Part shown: in pieces, positions 56,525 through 64,000 of the stretch | How positions within the stretch are numbered: the stretch's first letter is position 1 | Layout of the letters: each line of letters begins with the position of its first letter | Assembly: GCA_964585685.1 (NCBI GenBank) | Contig: CAZPEP010000068.1 | Span: 91,686 to 155,685, forward strand | Direction of reading: 5' to 3' | Source: an uncultured Eubacteriales bacterium | GTDB lineage: Bacteria > Acidobacteriota > Aminicenantia > Aminicenantales > Saccharicenantaceae | Length of the DNA: 64,000 nucleotides | Translations under genes and position numbers: made by a program | Notes under the pieces: generated by a model | Databases searched by the model: none | The model's input: only the letters and a program-made list of their open reading frames with translations | What the model was told of the DNA's origin: nothing

Positions 56525-58044
56525 GGCCTGTGATCTCCTTTTCCCGAACTCGCGGGAGGGCCGGATTTAGCCGGCGCGGGGGGCGGCTCCAGGGTTCCCG
56601 TATCATGGGTGAACTGGACCAGGGCCAGGAACCAGTCGGCTTTGGCTTGGACGAGTTGGACGCGGCCGTTCTCGAGGACGGTCTGGGCAGAAAGCAGGTC
56701 GAGGATACTGCCGACGCCTTCTTTGTAGCGGCCAAGGGCCACGTCGTACGAAGCTTGGGCGCTCTCCAGGAGGTCCCGGGCGGTCAGGATCTTCTGCTCC
56801 GACGTCTTGAGGCCGTAATAGCTCGTCCAGACCTGGAGCTCGATTCCGCGGCCGAGTTCCGTCATCATGTCCTTGGCCACTTCAACCTGGGCTTTGGCCG
56901 CCAGAACTTGGTATTCCTGCAAGCCGAAAAGGAAAGGCAGGTTGATCGAAACAGAGATCGTATAAAAAGGATTGGAAACCGGATTGCCCTGGTAGTAAAT
57001 GCGGCCGATGTTGCCGCTCAATGAGAAGTCAGGGAAAAACGTCGACCGGGCTTTCCTGATACCGGCCTCGGCTTCGAGGACCAGCGCTCGCGAGGCAGCC
57101 AGGTCGGGCCTTTTGGCCTCGGCGTCCTTGATGCAAAGGTCAACCTGCTTGGCGACGATTTCGAACGGGATGTTCTCGGGAAGGCCGTCCGAGACGTCGA
57201 AGCTTGTGTTGGCCGGGAGCCCCATCGAGCTGGCCAGGGCCCCGTGGAGAGTCTGGCTGAGCCCGCGCGTCGTCACGATCTGGAGTTCGACCGTCGAGAG
57301 GGCGGTCTTGGCCTGGAGGACATCGGCGATGGTGGCGACACCGGCCCGGCGGCGATCGTTTGCGGCGTCATAGTTGGCCTGGGCGCCTTTGCGATTTGTT
57401 ATCTGGGCCTCGAGGAGGGCCTTGGCGGACAGGTACTGATAATAAACGCTCTCGATCTGGAGGATGACGTTCTGGAGGATGGCGTTCTGAGTCCAGTTGG
57501 CCGCTTCAAGGGCCCGCCGTGCCGCCTGGACGCCGGCCTCCCGTCCCCCGAAATCAAAGAGCAGGAGGTTAAGGCTGGCCGTGGGAGTCAAAGTGGTCTG
57601 GTCGACCATGAACCGGCCTCCGGCGAAAGCCATCTTCTGCTTGGTGCCGGGAAGTGACGCGTTGATCTGGGGGAGGTAAGAGCCCAGAGAGATGCTTAAG
57701 GCCGCCGAGGCGGTGCGCGCGGCATTCCAGGCCGCCCGCGTTCGAGGGTTATTGGCCAGGCCCACGTCGACGATATCGCTCAGCGCCCAGGCCCGCCCCG
57801 CGGCTTGGAGCTCGGCGGGGATCAGGGGGGAAGGAAGGGGCGTCGGCGGCGTCACGACTTTAGCGGGCGGCACCCAGGGATGAGCAGGAGAATCCGCAGT
57901 CTTCTTGGTGATGCCGTCCATCGTCGCGCAGGCCGTAAGCATCGACAGGAGCAGGGCCCCGGCCACGGCCCTTATGAACAGGCCGAAAAGGGGCCGACGG
58001 TGTTCCGTGATCAACCGGGTCCGGAATTCCGCGCTTGTGGTCAT
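56521..58044 (-). CDS. outer-membrane efflux protein (TolC/OprM family) lipoprotein
   Basis: Start MTTSAEF at 58044 with RBS gggagg. Lipobox LTAC. Two OEP repeats. Confidence 0.85.
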   Translation of the reverse strand: MTTSAEFRTRLITEHRRPLFGLFIRAVAGALLLSMLTACATMDGITKKTADSPAHPWVPPAKVVTPPTPLPSPLIPAELQAAGRAWALSDIVDVGLANNPRTRAAWNAARTASAALSISLGSYLPQINASLPGTKQKMAFAGGRFMVDQTTLTPTASLNLLLFDFGGREAGVQAARRALEAANWTQNAILQNVILQIESVYYQYLSAKALLEAQITNRKGAQANYDAANDRRRAGVATIADVLQAKTALSTVELQIVTTRGLSQTLHGALASSMGLPANTSFDVSDGLPENIPFEIVAKQVDLCIKDAEAKRPDLAASRALVLEAEAGIRKARSTFFPDFSLSGNIGRIYYQGNPVSNPFYTISVSINLPFLFGLQEYQVLAAKAQVEVAKDMMTELGRGIELQVWTSYYGLKTSEQKILTARDLLESAQASYDVALGRYKEGVGSILDLLSAQTVLENGRVQLVQAKADWFLALVQFTHDTGTLEPPPAPAKSGPPASSGKGDHRP

Positions 58045-58352
58045 TCTGAGCCTCCCATTACGAGGAGCGGAGGCGGGATTTCGGCATCCCGATTTCTCGC
58101 TTACACCCCTCCTCTGTCGCAGGGTGAGGGCGTCCATAATCCGGCTATTATTGCAGGTTGCCGGGAATTATTCAACGTGGCGGAGAAACCCTGTCCCAAA
58201 GTTTGAAGTCCCTCCCCCTTTCCGTTTGACCAAGGACGTCTTCTCCCTCAAGGCGGAGCGCGTAATGGACTAGTACAGGAGAGTATCGTTCTACAACCTG
58301 GAGTTTAAGCGGGAGCCGTCTGAGCGGCCGGCCCCGCATCGCGCGGGTGAGG

Positions 58353-59450
58353 CTAATCCTTCGCGGCGAACGAAAAATGCTGCTGGACGATCACCCAGCG
58401 GCCGTTCCTTTTCTCGAGGACGCCGGTCCAGCGGGTGTCTTCCCAGTTCGCCGCCTGACCCTTCCACTCGTTGATGTCGTCGAGGATGCCGGAGAACCAG
58501 GCCACGTCGCCGGACCTCGAAAGGCGGATCCTGAGGTCCCGGATCTCATACCGGACGGCCTTGAAATCGGGACTGCCCCAGAACTTCTCCGCCTTCCTGA
58601 AATCCTCAAACCCCTTGACGACCTTACCGTCCGGATGGACTTCCAGGAAATCAGCGTCGTTGGCGATGACGCCGTAGAGGAGGTTGAAGTCCTTCGTCTT
58701 GGCCCAGCCGATGCAGGAATGGATGGCACGGGTGATCTTTTCCATCTCGGCGTCCCGGCTTTTCTCTCCTGCCGCCGCTCGTCCCGACGACGAGGCGGCC
58801 GGTTTTGTCAGCTCCAGGAAGAACCCCTGCTGGGCGGTTTTCTTGGATACCGCCGTGAAGCCGGTCCTTTGAGCCAGCTCTTGGAAATGGGCCAGGCCCT
58901 GCTCACCCGGGCGGAGATGCACGCCGTAGCCCGTGTTGATCTCGCGGTCCGGCAGTTTGAAGGTGAAGGGGAAGTAGGCGACCGTCTTCCGTTCGTCCTC
59001 AAGCTTGGGGAAGACGACATCCCAGATGAGGAGCCGCCCGCCCGGGGCGAGGACGCGGTGGAGCTCGCGGAAGACCTTTTCATGGTCGGCCGGGTCGATG
59101 TACATGAACGTGAAGAAGACCGTGGCCGTCGCAAACGAACCGTCAAGGAACTTCAGGTCCCTGGCGTCCATCACGATCTTGAGAAGGGGCCCTGGGGGCG
59201 CGTCCTCGAGCTCGCGCTTGATGAGGTCGATAGCGATGACCTGCTGACCCTTGAGCTGGCCGATGACGCCTTCGCCCCCGCCGCCGATGTCCAGGATTAA
59301 TCCCGGGGCCGAGAAATTCTCGACAGTGACGAGCTGGCGCTCGGCTTGCCAGATCGACTCCGGAGAGGGCTCTTTATGTTGGGCTGCCGCAACGGCTGAG
59401 ACGATGAGGACGATGACCGTGGCTAACGGAATGGTTCGCTTCATGGCCAT
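58353..59450 (-). CDS. exported class I SAM-dependent methyltransferase fused to a C-terminal NTF2/SnoaL-like domain
   Basis: RBS aaggag. Signal/anchor MAMKRTIPLATVIVLIVSAVAAA. Methyltransferase motif I ILDIGGGGEG. Motif II/III present. The C-terminal 140 aa have an NTF2-like alpha+beta pattern. Confidence 0.7.
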   Translation of the reverse strand: MAMKRTIPLATVIVLIVSAVAAAQHKEPSPESIWQAERQLVTVENFSAPGLILDIGGGGEGVIGQLKGQQVIAIDLIKRELEDAPPGPLLKIVMDARDLKFLDGSFATATVFFTFMYIDPADHEKVFRELHRVLAPGGRLLIWDVVFPKLEDERKTVAYFPFTFKLPDREINTGYGVHLRPGEQGLAHFQELAQRTGFTAVSKKTAQQGFFLELTKPAASSSGRAAAGEKSRDAEMEKITRAIHSCIGWAKTKDFNLLYGVIANDADFLEVHPDGKVVKGFEDFRKAEKFWGSPDFKAVRYEIRDLRIRLSRSGDVAWFSGILDDINEWKGQAANWEDTRWTGVLEKRNGRWVIVQQHFSFAAKD

Positions 59451-59540
59451 GATGATAGTTCTCCTTCTTTCTTCCCTATACACATTAATACGCGAACGTG
59501 GCCTAAAAAGGTTTCTGGGGTGGGGTGAAATAGGACAGGA

Positions 59541-61064
59541 TCAGCTTGCAAGGACAAGATCGGCGGCCAGGCTGCCCGTGTATAGGGCCGTTGGGACGCC
59601 TCCTAGAAATAGCTCGGATGTCGCGTAGGCGCCGGCCACGAAGAGCCCGGGGACCGGGGTCTGAACCAGGAGCTTGCCGGGCAGGCGGGCGGAATCGGGG
59701 CCGGACCACGTCCAGCCGGCGATCGAGCCTTTGTAGCGGTTCCCCCAATCGCGATATGTGAGCGGAGTCGCCGTTTCCATGACCTCGATGGCGCCGGAGA
59801 GACCCGGGAGGACGCTTTCCGCGGTCCTGATGAGGCCCTCGGCCAAACGGCGCTTGTACTCCCCATACCCTTCCTTCCGCAGTCTGTATCCCGTGCTCCA
59901 GGCCTCGAAATGGCGGTAGGGAAAGCCGACCCTCAGGACCAAGGAGGCCCGGGCCGCCGGGACCAGGTCGGGCGCTTTCCTGGACCAGAAGCAGATCTCG
60001 ATCTCGCGGTCGTCGAATTCCTCGAGCTCCGGCTCCGCATCGCCGCGGATCTCTCGGCGATAAAAAAGATGTTCGGCCCTGATGGCGCCGAGGTCTACCT
60101 CGTCCGGCCGCAGGCCGAGATAAACGCAGAATTCGGACCCCGTGTAAGGGACATCGCGGACGGCACCGAGGTCGAGGTCGGGAACCTCCGTTGCGTCCAA
60201 GAGCTCGAGGAACGTGGTCTTGTAATCGGCATTGGAGATCACCCATCGCGATTCCAGGGCCTCGCCCAGATATGTCATGATCCCGGCGGCTCGTCCCTTC
60301 CGGGTGAGGATCCTCCGGACCGGCGCCGAGAGCCGGATCTCCGTGCCCAGGTCTCGAAGCCTCCGGAGAAGAAGGTCGGCAATGCCGTGGACTCCGCGGG
60401 AGGGGAACCAGATGCCTTCCACGGCCATGATGTTCCACATCGAGGCGAGGTTGAGCATGGACATCTCGGGCCGGGAGGTGCCCATGGATCCCAGAAAATT
60501 TCTGAGCGGCGCGCTCCCGATCAGGCCATCGAGGACCCGGGCGGCGGGAAGACGGGAGAGACGACGGACCTCCTCGACCCTGTCCGGATCGGCCGAAACG
60601 ACGCGCCGTTCCGTGGGCCTTGCAGCCGGGGGCAAGGCGAAGTCCGGGTGCCAGAGGTCCATGTCCTTGGACACCGAGACGGCTGATCCGAGCTCGCGGA
60701 AGAACCGGGCGAGGCCAGCCTGCTCCCCGGGGAAGATGCCGGCCAGCTCGGATTCGAGGTTGGCGAGCCCTTTCGACATCATCACGTCGAGGTCCGGCGT
60801 CCGCAGTTCGAAGCCGCTGCGGCGGAACGTGACCTTCTCTCCTATCCCCGCCTCATTGAGGAAGCCTTGGACGCGCCCAGGGAAGCTGAACGAAAGGGGC
60901 CCCATGGGAAACGAGTAGCCAGCCCGGCGGAAAAGGTAGCTCGTCCCGCCGGGCAGCGGCTTTTTCTCCAGGACGAGGACCTTTTTCCCCGCGGCGGCGA
61001 TCTTAGACGCCGCCATCAGGCCCCCGAGGCCCGCACCGATTACGATCACATCGACCATGGCCAT
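59541..61064 (-). CDS. FAD-dependent oxidoreductase, phytoene desaturase (CrtI)-related family
   Basis: N-terminal VIVIGAGLGGLMAASKIAAAGKKVLVLEK dinucleotide-binding motif. About 500 aa amine-oxidase fold. Confidence 0.8.
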   Translation of the reverse strand: MAMVDVIVIGAGLGGLMAASKIAAAGKKVLVLEKKPLPGGTSYLFRRAGYSFPMGPLSFSFPGRVQGFLNEAGIGEKVTFRRSGFELRTPDLDVMMSKGLANLESELAGIFPGEQAGLARFFRELGSAVSVSKDMDLWHPDFALPPAARPTERRVVSADPDRVEEVRRLSRLPAARVLDGLIGSAPLRNFLGSMGTSRPEMSMLNLASMWNIMAVEGIWFPSRGVHGIADLLLRRLRDLGTEIRLSAPVRRILTRKGRAAGIMTYLGEALESRWVISNADYKTTFLELLDATEVPDLDLGAVRDVPYTGSEFCVYLGLRPDEVDLGAIRAEHLFYRREIRGDAEPELEEFDDREIEICFWSRKAPDLVPAARASLVLRVGFPYRHFEAWSTGYRLRKEGYGEYKRRLAEGLIRTAESVLPGLSGAIEVMETATPLTYRDWGNRYKGSIAGWTWSGPDSARLPGKLLVQTPVPGLFVAGAYATSELFLGGVPTALYTGSLAADLVLAS

Positions 61065-61163
61065 TATCTTATCATAAACGGGCAGGCCATCCGGCCGTTG
61101 AACGCCGCGCTTTCCATCGCGCCCCCGTTTTGTATATAATCGGGGGCGGACAGAGGATTCCCG

Positions 61164-62174
61164 ATGAACAGCAGGAAAAGACTCCGCCTTGCCGTCATCC
61201 TATTCGTCGTCGTCTTCGCGTTCGGTGTCGCGGGGTTTAAAGTTTTCGGCGGGAGGGGCTGGTCCTTCTTTGACAGTGTCTACATGACTGTCATCACCGT
61301 GGCCACCGTCGGCTACGGCGAAGTCCACGACCTCAGCGGGAACCTTCCGGCGCGCGTTTTTACATCCGTCTATATCCTCCTCAGCCTGGGCACGATCGCC
61401 TTCGCTGTGACGTCCATCACGGCGTTCGTCGTCGAGGGGGAGCTCAAGAACATCCTAGGGAGAAGGAAGATGGAAAAAGAGATAAGCCGGCTCAGGGACC
61501 ACTACATCGTCTGCGGCGGGGACGAGATCGCGGGGACCATCATCCGCGAGCTTCATGAAACGAAGCGCCCGTTCGTCGTCATCGAGCCCTCCAAGGAGAA
61601 GCTCGACCGGCTCCTGGCCGCCCATCCCTTCCCCTACATTCAGGGCGACCCGGCCGAGGACGAGGTTCTTATCAAGGCGGGACTCGCGAACGCCAAGGGC
61701 GTCCTCCTCAGCCTGCCGACCGACGAGGCCAACCTTTACGTCACCGTGACCGTCCGGAGCCTCAACCCCCGGATCCGCATCGTGGCCAAGGGGACCGACG
61801 TCAATTCCCATGCGAAGATGCGGAGGGCGGGGGCCGACTACGTTGTCTCGCCGGCCTTCATCGGCGGGATGCGCATGGCCTCCCAAATGGTTCGGCCTTC
61901 CGTCGCCACCTTCCTGGACACGATGCTCCGGGATCGGGAAAAAGGCCTCCGCGTGGAGGAGATCACCGTCACCAAGGATTCGCCGTTGGCCGGAAAGACC
62001 GTCGGCGAGTCGCGGCTCAGGGAAAGGAAGAGTGCCCTCCTGGTTGCCATCAAGAGGGGAGGGACGGACGCCTATGATTTCAATCCCCCGGACGCGGACC
62101 AGCTCCGGGAAGGCGACGTCCTCATCTTCATCGCGTCGCCGGAAAGCCTGCACGAGATTGAATCCCTGGGCTGA
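61164..62174 (+). CDS. potassium channel with two TM segments, pore helix and RCK (TrkA-N/TrkA-C) domains (MthK-like)
   Basis: Selectivity filter TVATVGYGE. RCK NAD-fold GxGxxG-like YIVCGGDEIAG. C-terminal TrkA-C. Confidence 0.85.
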   Translation: MNSRKRLRLAVILFVVVFAFGVAGFKVFGGRGWSFFDSVYMTVITVATVGYGEVHDLSGNLPARVFTSVYILLSLGTIAFAVTSITAFVVEGELKNILGRRKMEKEISRLRDHYIVCGGDEIAGTIIRELHETKRPFVVIEPSKEKLDRLLAAHPFPYIQGDPAEDEVLIKAGLANAKGVLLSLPTDEANLYVTVTVRSLNPRIRIVAKGTDVNSHAKMRRAGADYVVSPAFIGGMRMASQMVRPSVATFLDTMLRDREKGLRVEEITVTKDSPLAGKTVGESRLRERKSALLVAIKRGGTDAYDFNPPDADQLREGDVLIFIASPESLHEIESLG

Positions 62175-62386
62175 GTCCTCGAGGCGTCCGTTCATCGGTC
62201 GATCAACGGACGAATTACGACGATACGCCGGTTATTGACCCGTTCGCCGCCGCCACCCCGCCATGAAAAACGGGGCCTAAGATCGGAGCCCCGCATTTCA
62301 AGGCGGGGACGCGAAGCGCGAAATGAGGCTCAGGGTCAATCCCGAACAAGCCCCGGCCCCGGCATTCATTCCGGGGAGTCGAGGGA

Positions 62387-62415
62387 TTGACAAGGCGGGG
62401 GAACTCGTTTAAACT
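62387..62415 (+). promoter_or_regulatory. sigma70-type promoter for tRNA-Lys (TTGACA-17-TAAACT)
   Basis: Consensus -35, 17 nt spacer, +1 about 8 nt before the tRNA. Confidence 0.6.
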
Positions 62416-62428
62416 AGGTGCGTTTTTC

Positions 62429-62501
62429 GGCCCGTTAGCTCAATTGGTAGAGCAACAGACTCTTAATCTGTGGGTTGTAGGTTCGAGTCCTACACGGGTC
62501 A
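62429..62501 (+). tRNA. tRNA-Lys (anticodon CTT), CCA not encoded
   Basis: Acceptor GGCCCGT/ACGGGTC (one GU pair). D-arm GCTC-AATTGGTA-GAGC. Anticodon arm ACAGA-CTCTTAA-TCTGT. T-arm GTAGG-TTCGAGT-CCTAC. Confidence 0.85.
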
Positions 62502-62580
62502 CTTCCCATTTTTCCACACGCATGATGGAGGACGGTTTCTGTCTTGAATTCGGCCCGATGATATGTTACGGTCCCTGCCC

Positions 62581-64000
62581 ATGGGAAAGTTATCCGCGCG
62601 GACACGCTTCCTTCTGCGATCCTTCGCGATCATGACGGGGCTGTCCCTAGTGATCATCGGGGCTGCGGCCCTGATCCTGAAGGTCGGAAGGCCTGCAGTG
62701 CTCTCGTCGGGTTCGATCGCGTTCGCCCTGGACGTCCTCTCCATACTTGTTTTCCTTCTTCTCTTCCTTTCGAGTCTGAAAACGGACCCGGGGCCGAAGA
62801 GTTTCTCTTTCGGAAAACTCGACGCCTTTTACGCGGCCTCGGTCGCCGTCGCCCTCGTGTCCTTTCTCGCCGCTTCCAGATCCAGGGAGAATTTCCTTCA
62901 GCCGTACATTCTCGTGACGGCCTTTGCCGTCTATCTCCTGGTCCGGGCCAACCGTCATCGTCTCGGGGGGACGCCCGCCGCGCTCCTGGCGGGAGCCCTC
63001 GCCGCCTTCGCCGGCGTCGAGGCCGCACACGGCCTGGCCCAATGGGCGGCCGGGCGGGAGATGAGAGGCTTCTTCTTCAACGTCAATCACTTCGCGATGT
63101 TCCTGGCGGTGGCCCTCCCCTTGGCTTGGGCGGCGTCCCGGCTTGGAAAGAACGCGTTCATCAGGTTCGCGGGTTACGGGGTCAATACGCTCATGATTGC
63201 GGCCATCGGGCTCTCCCGCTGTCGCACGGCTTATACGGCGCTCATTCTCGTCGGCGGAGTTGCCTTCCTTTTACGACGCCTGCCTCGCCAGGTTCCCGCC
63301 GGCTATGACCCGCGTCCGTGGCGGTTTGCCGTCCGGGGGGGAGTCGTCCTCGGCGCGGCCGGTTTGGTCGTCGTCTCGGCCCTGGCTGTTTCATTCAAGC
63401 CGATGTCGGCTGCGGGCCGCCTCCTGATCTGGAAGGTCTCCCTCAGGGCTTCCCTGGCCCATCCCGTCGCCGGCGTCGGATACGGAAATTTCCCGGCCGT
63501 CTACAACGCCGAACAGGGACGCTATTTCGAGGAAGGGAAGGGGACTGCCACCGAGCGGCTTTCGGCCTCGGCGGACGCCTATGCCTTCAACGACTATCTC
63601 GAATCCTTCATGGAAACGGGTCTGATCGGATTTATCGTGCTCCTGCCGTTCTGGGGACTCGTCTTCGGGGCGATCGCGCGCGTTTTCTGCCGTGCGAATT
63701 CCCCGTCGCCCGGCCCGGGACCGTCTCCGGACGGGCGTCTTGCAACAGGTGCGGCCGGATCCGTCCTGGCCTATATGGTCCTGGCCGGTTTCTATTATCC
63801 GAGCCGCATCCTCCCGCTGGTCCTCTTGTTCTCGGGAGCCTTGGGGTGGATCGCCGACAACGAACGGCCCGCCTCCGACAGGGTTCGGCGCTCCTTCAGA
63901 GGTTTCGTGCTTGCGTTCGCGGCCGTCTCTTTCTCGGCGGCCGTCATCCTGTTCCCGACACTCAAGAAACGCTATGCCGCCGAGCAGACCTGGTCGGAGG
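62581..64000 (+). CDS. second Wzy_C / O-antigen ligase family membrane protein (3-prime end outside the window)
   Basis: Open frame from ATG 62581 to the window end with no stop. Polytopic. Wzy_C loop motif AYAFNDYLESFMETGLIGF. Confidence 0.7.
   Translation, partial: MGKLSARTRFLLRSFAIMTGLSLVIIGAAALILKVGRPAVLSSGSIAFALDVLSILVFLLLFLSSLKTDPGPKSFSFGKLDAFYAASVAVALVSFLAASRSRENFLQPYILVTAFAVYLLVRANRHRLGGTPAALLAGALAAFAGVEAAHGLAQWAAGREMRGFFFNVNHFAMFLAVALPLAWAASRLGKNAFIRFAGYGVNTLMIAAIGLSRCRTAYTALILVGGVAFLLRRLPRQVPAGYDPRPWRFAVRGGVVLGAAGLVVVSALAVSFKPMSAAGRLLIWKVSLRASLAHPVAGVGYGNFPAVYNAEQGRYFEEGKGTATERLSASADAYAFNDYLESFMETGLIGFIVLLPFWGLVFGAIARVFCRANSPSPGPGPSPDGRLATGAAGSVLAYMVLAGFYYPSRILPLVLLFSGALGWIADNERPASDRVRRSFRGFVLAFAAVSFSAAVILFPTLKKRYAAEQTWSE

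Noticed and set aside
58045-58352. Possible small gene in the 308 bp gap between OMF start and the methyltransferase gene.
   Set aside because: Only overlapping low-complexity ORFs. The region more likely holds the OMF promoter and a weak hairpin (CCCGCatcgGCGGG, 58327-58352) serving the minus-strand methyltransferase gene.
1-64000. CRISPR arrays or other long tandem repeats.
   Set aside because: No series of regularly spaced direct repeats seen. The only repeated non-coding element found is the two-copy 55 bp motif reported above.

Overview
This is a 64 kb window of high-GC (about 63-65%), gene-dense bacterial chromosome. The organism is diderm: the window carries Wza-type polysaccharide export, RND-MFP-OMF efflux, lipobox signal peptides and OM beta-barrels. 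I could not assign taxonomy; a TolB_N-type IAVLPFENLS remnant and several sigma54-type promoters are compatible with Acidobacteriota-like or similar soil bacteria.

Content from start to end, all called from sequence alone:
- A Wzy-dependent-type exopolysaccharide module (OM barrel, Wza, Wzc BY-kinase with Y-cluster, PHP-type Tyr phosphatase, Wzy_C polymerase or ligase, TPR protein).
- A housekeeping block: rsmD, rpmE, prfA, prmC.
- A c-di-GMP signalling cluster: HD-GYP response regulator, a coiled-coil hypothetical, and a REC-GAF-GGDEF-PilZ protein.
- hutU.
- A sigma54-promoted small Cys-rich secreted peptide gene, followed by a terminator and an NHL / TlpA / permease / ABC-ATPase operon.
- glgC, a GH20-like hydrolase, a second GGDEF protein, pfkA, an S9 prolyl oligopeptidase, gltX-glnS, an M28 peptidase and an SSS transporter.
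- tRNA-Arg(CCG) with an adjacent low-GC islet holding an orphan gene and a decayed gene remnant.
- A redoxin, an enolase-superfamily (OSBS/NAAAR) enzyme, a transglutaminase-like lipoprotein, a K/E-rich purine-skewed ORF, two glycosyltransferases and cstA.
- A C45 peptidase next to an RND efflux operon, an exported methyltransferase-NTF2 fusion, a CrtI-like oxidoreductase, an MthK-like K+ channel, tRNA-Lys(CTT) and a second Wzy_C protein (partial at the window end).

No CRISPR array, transposase or integrase is visible. I judge the most novel candidate to be the sigma54-driven Cys-rich peptide with its NHL/thioredoxin/ABC operon (20.7-24.1 kb). The next most interesting is a roughly 55 bp intergenic element that carries a 12 bp palindrome and occurs twice.
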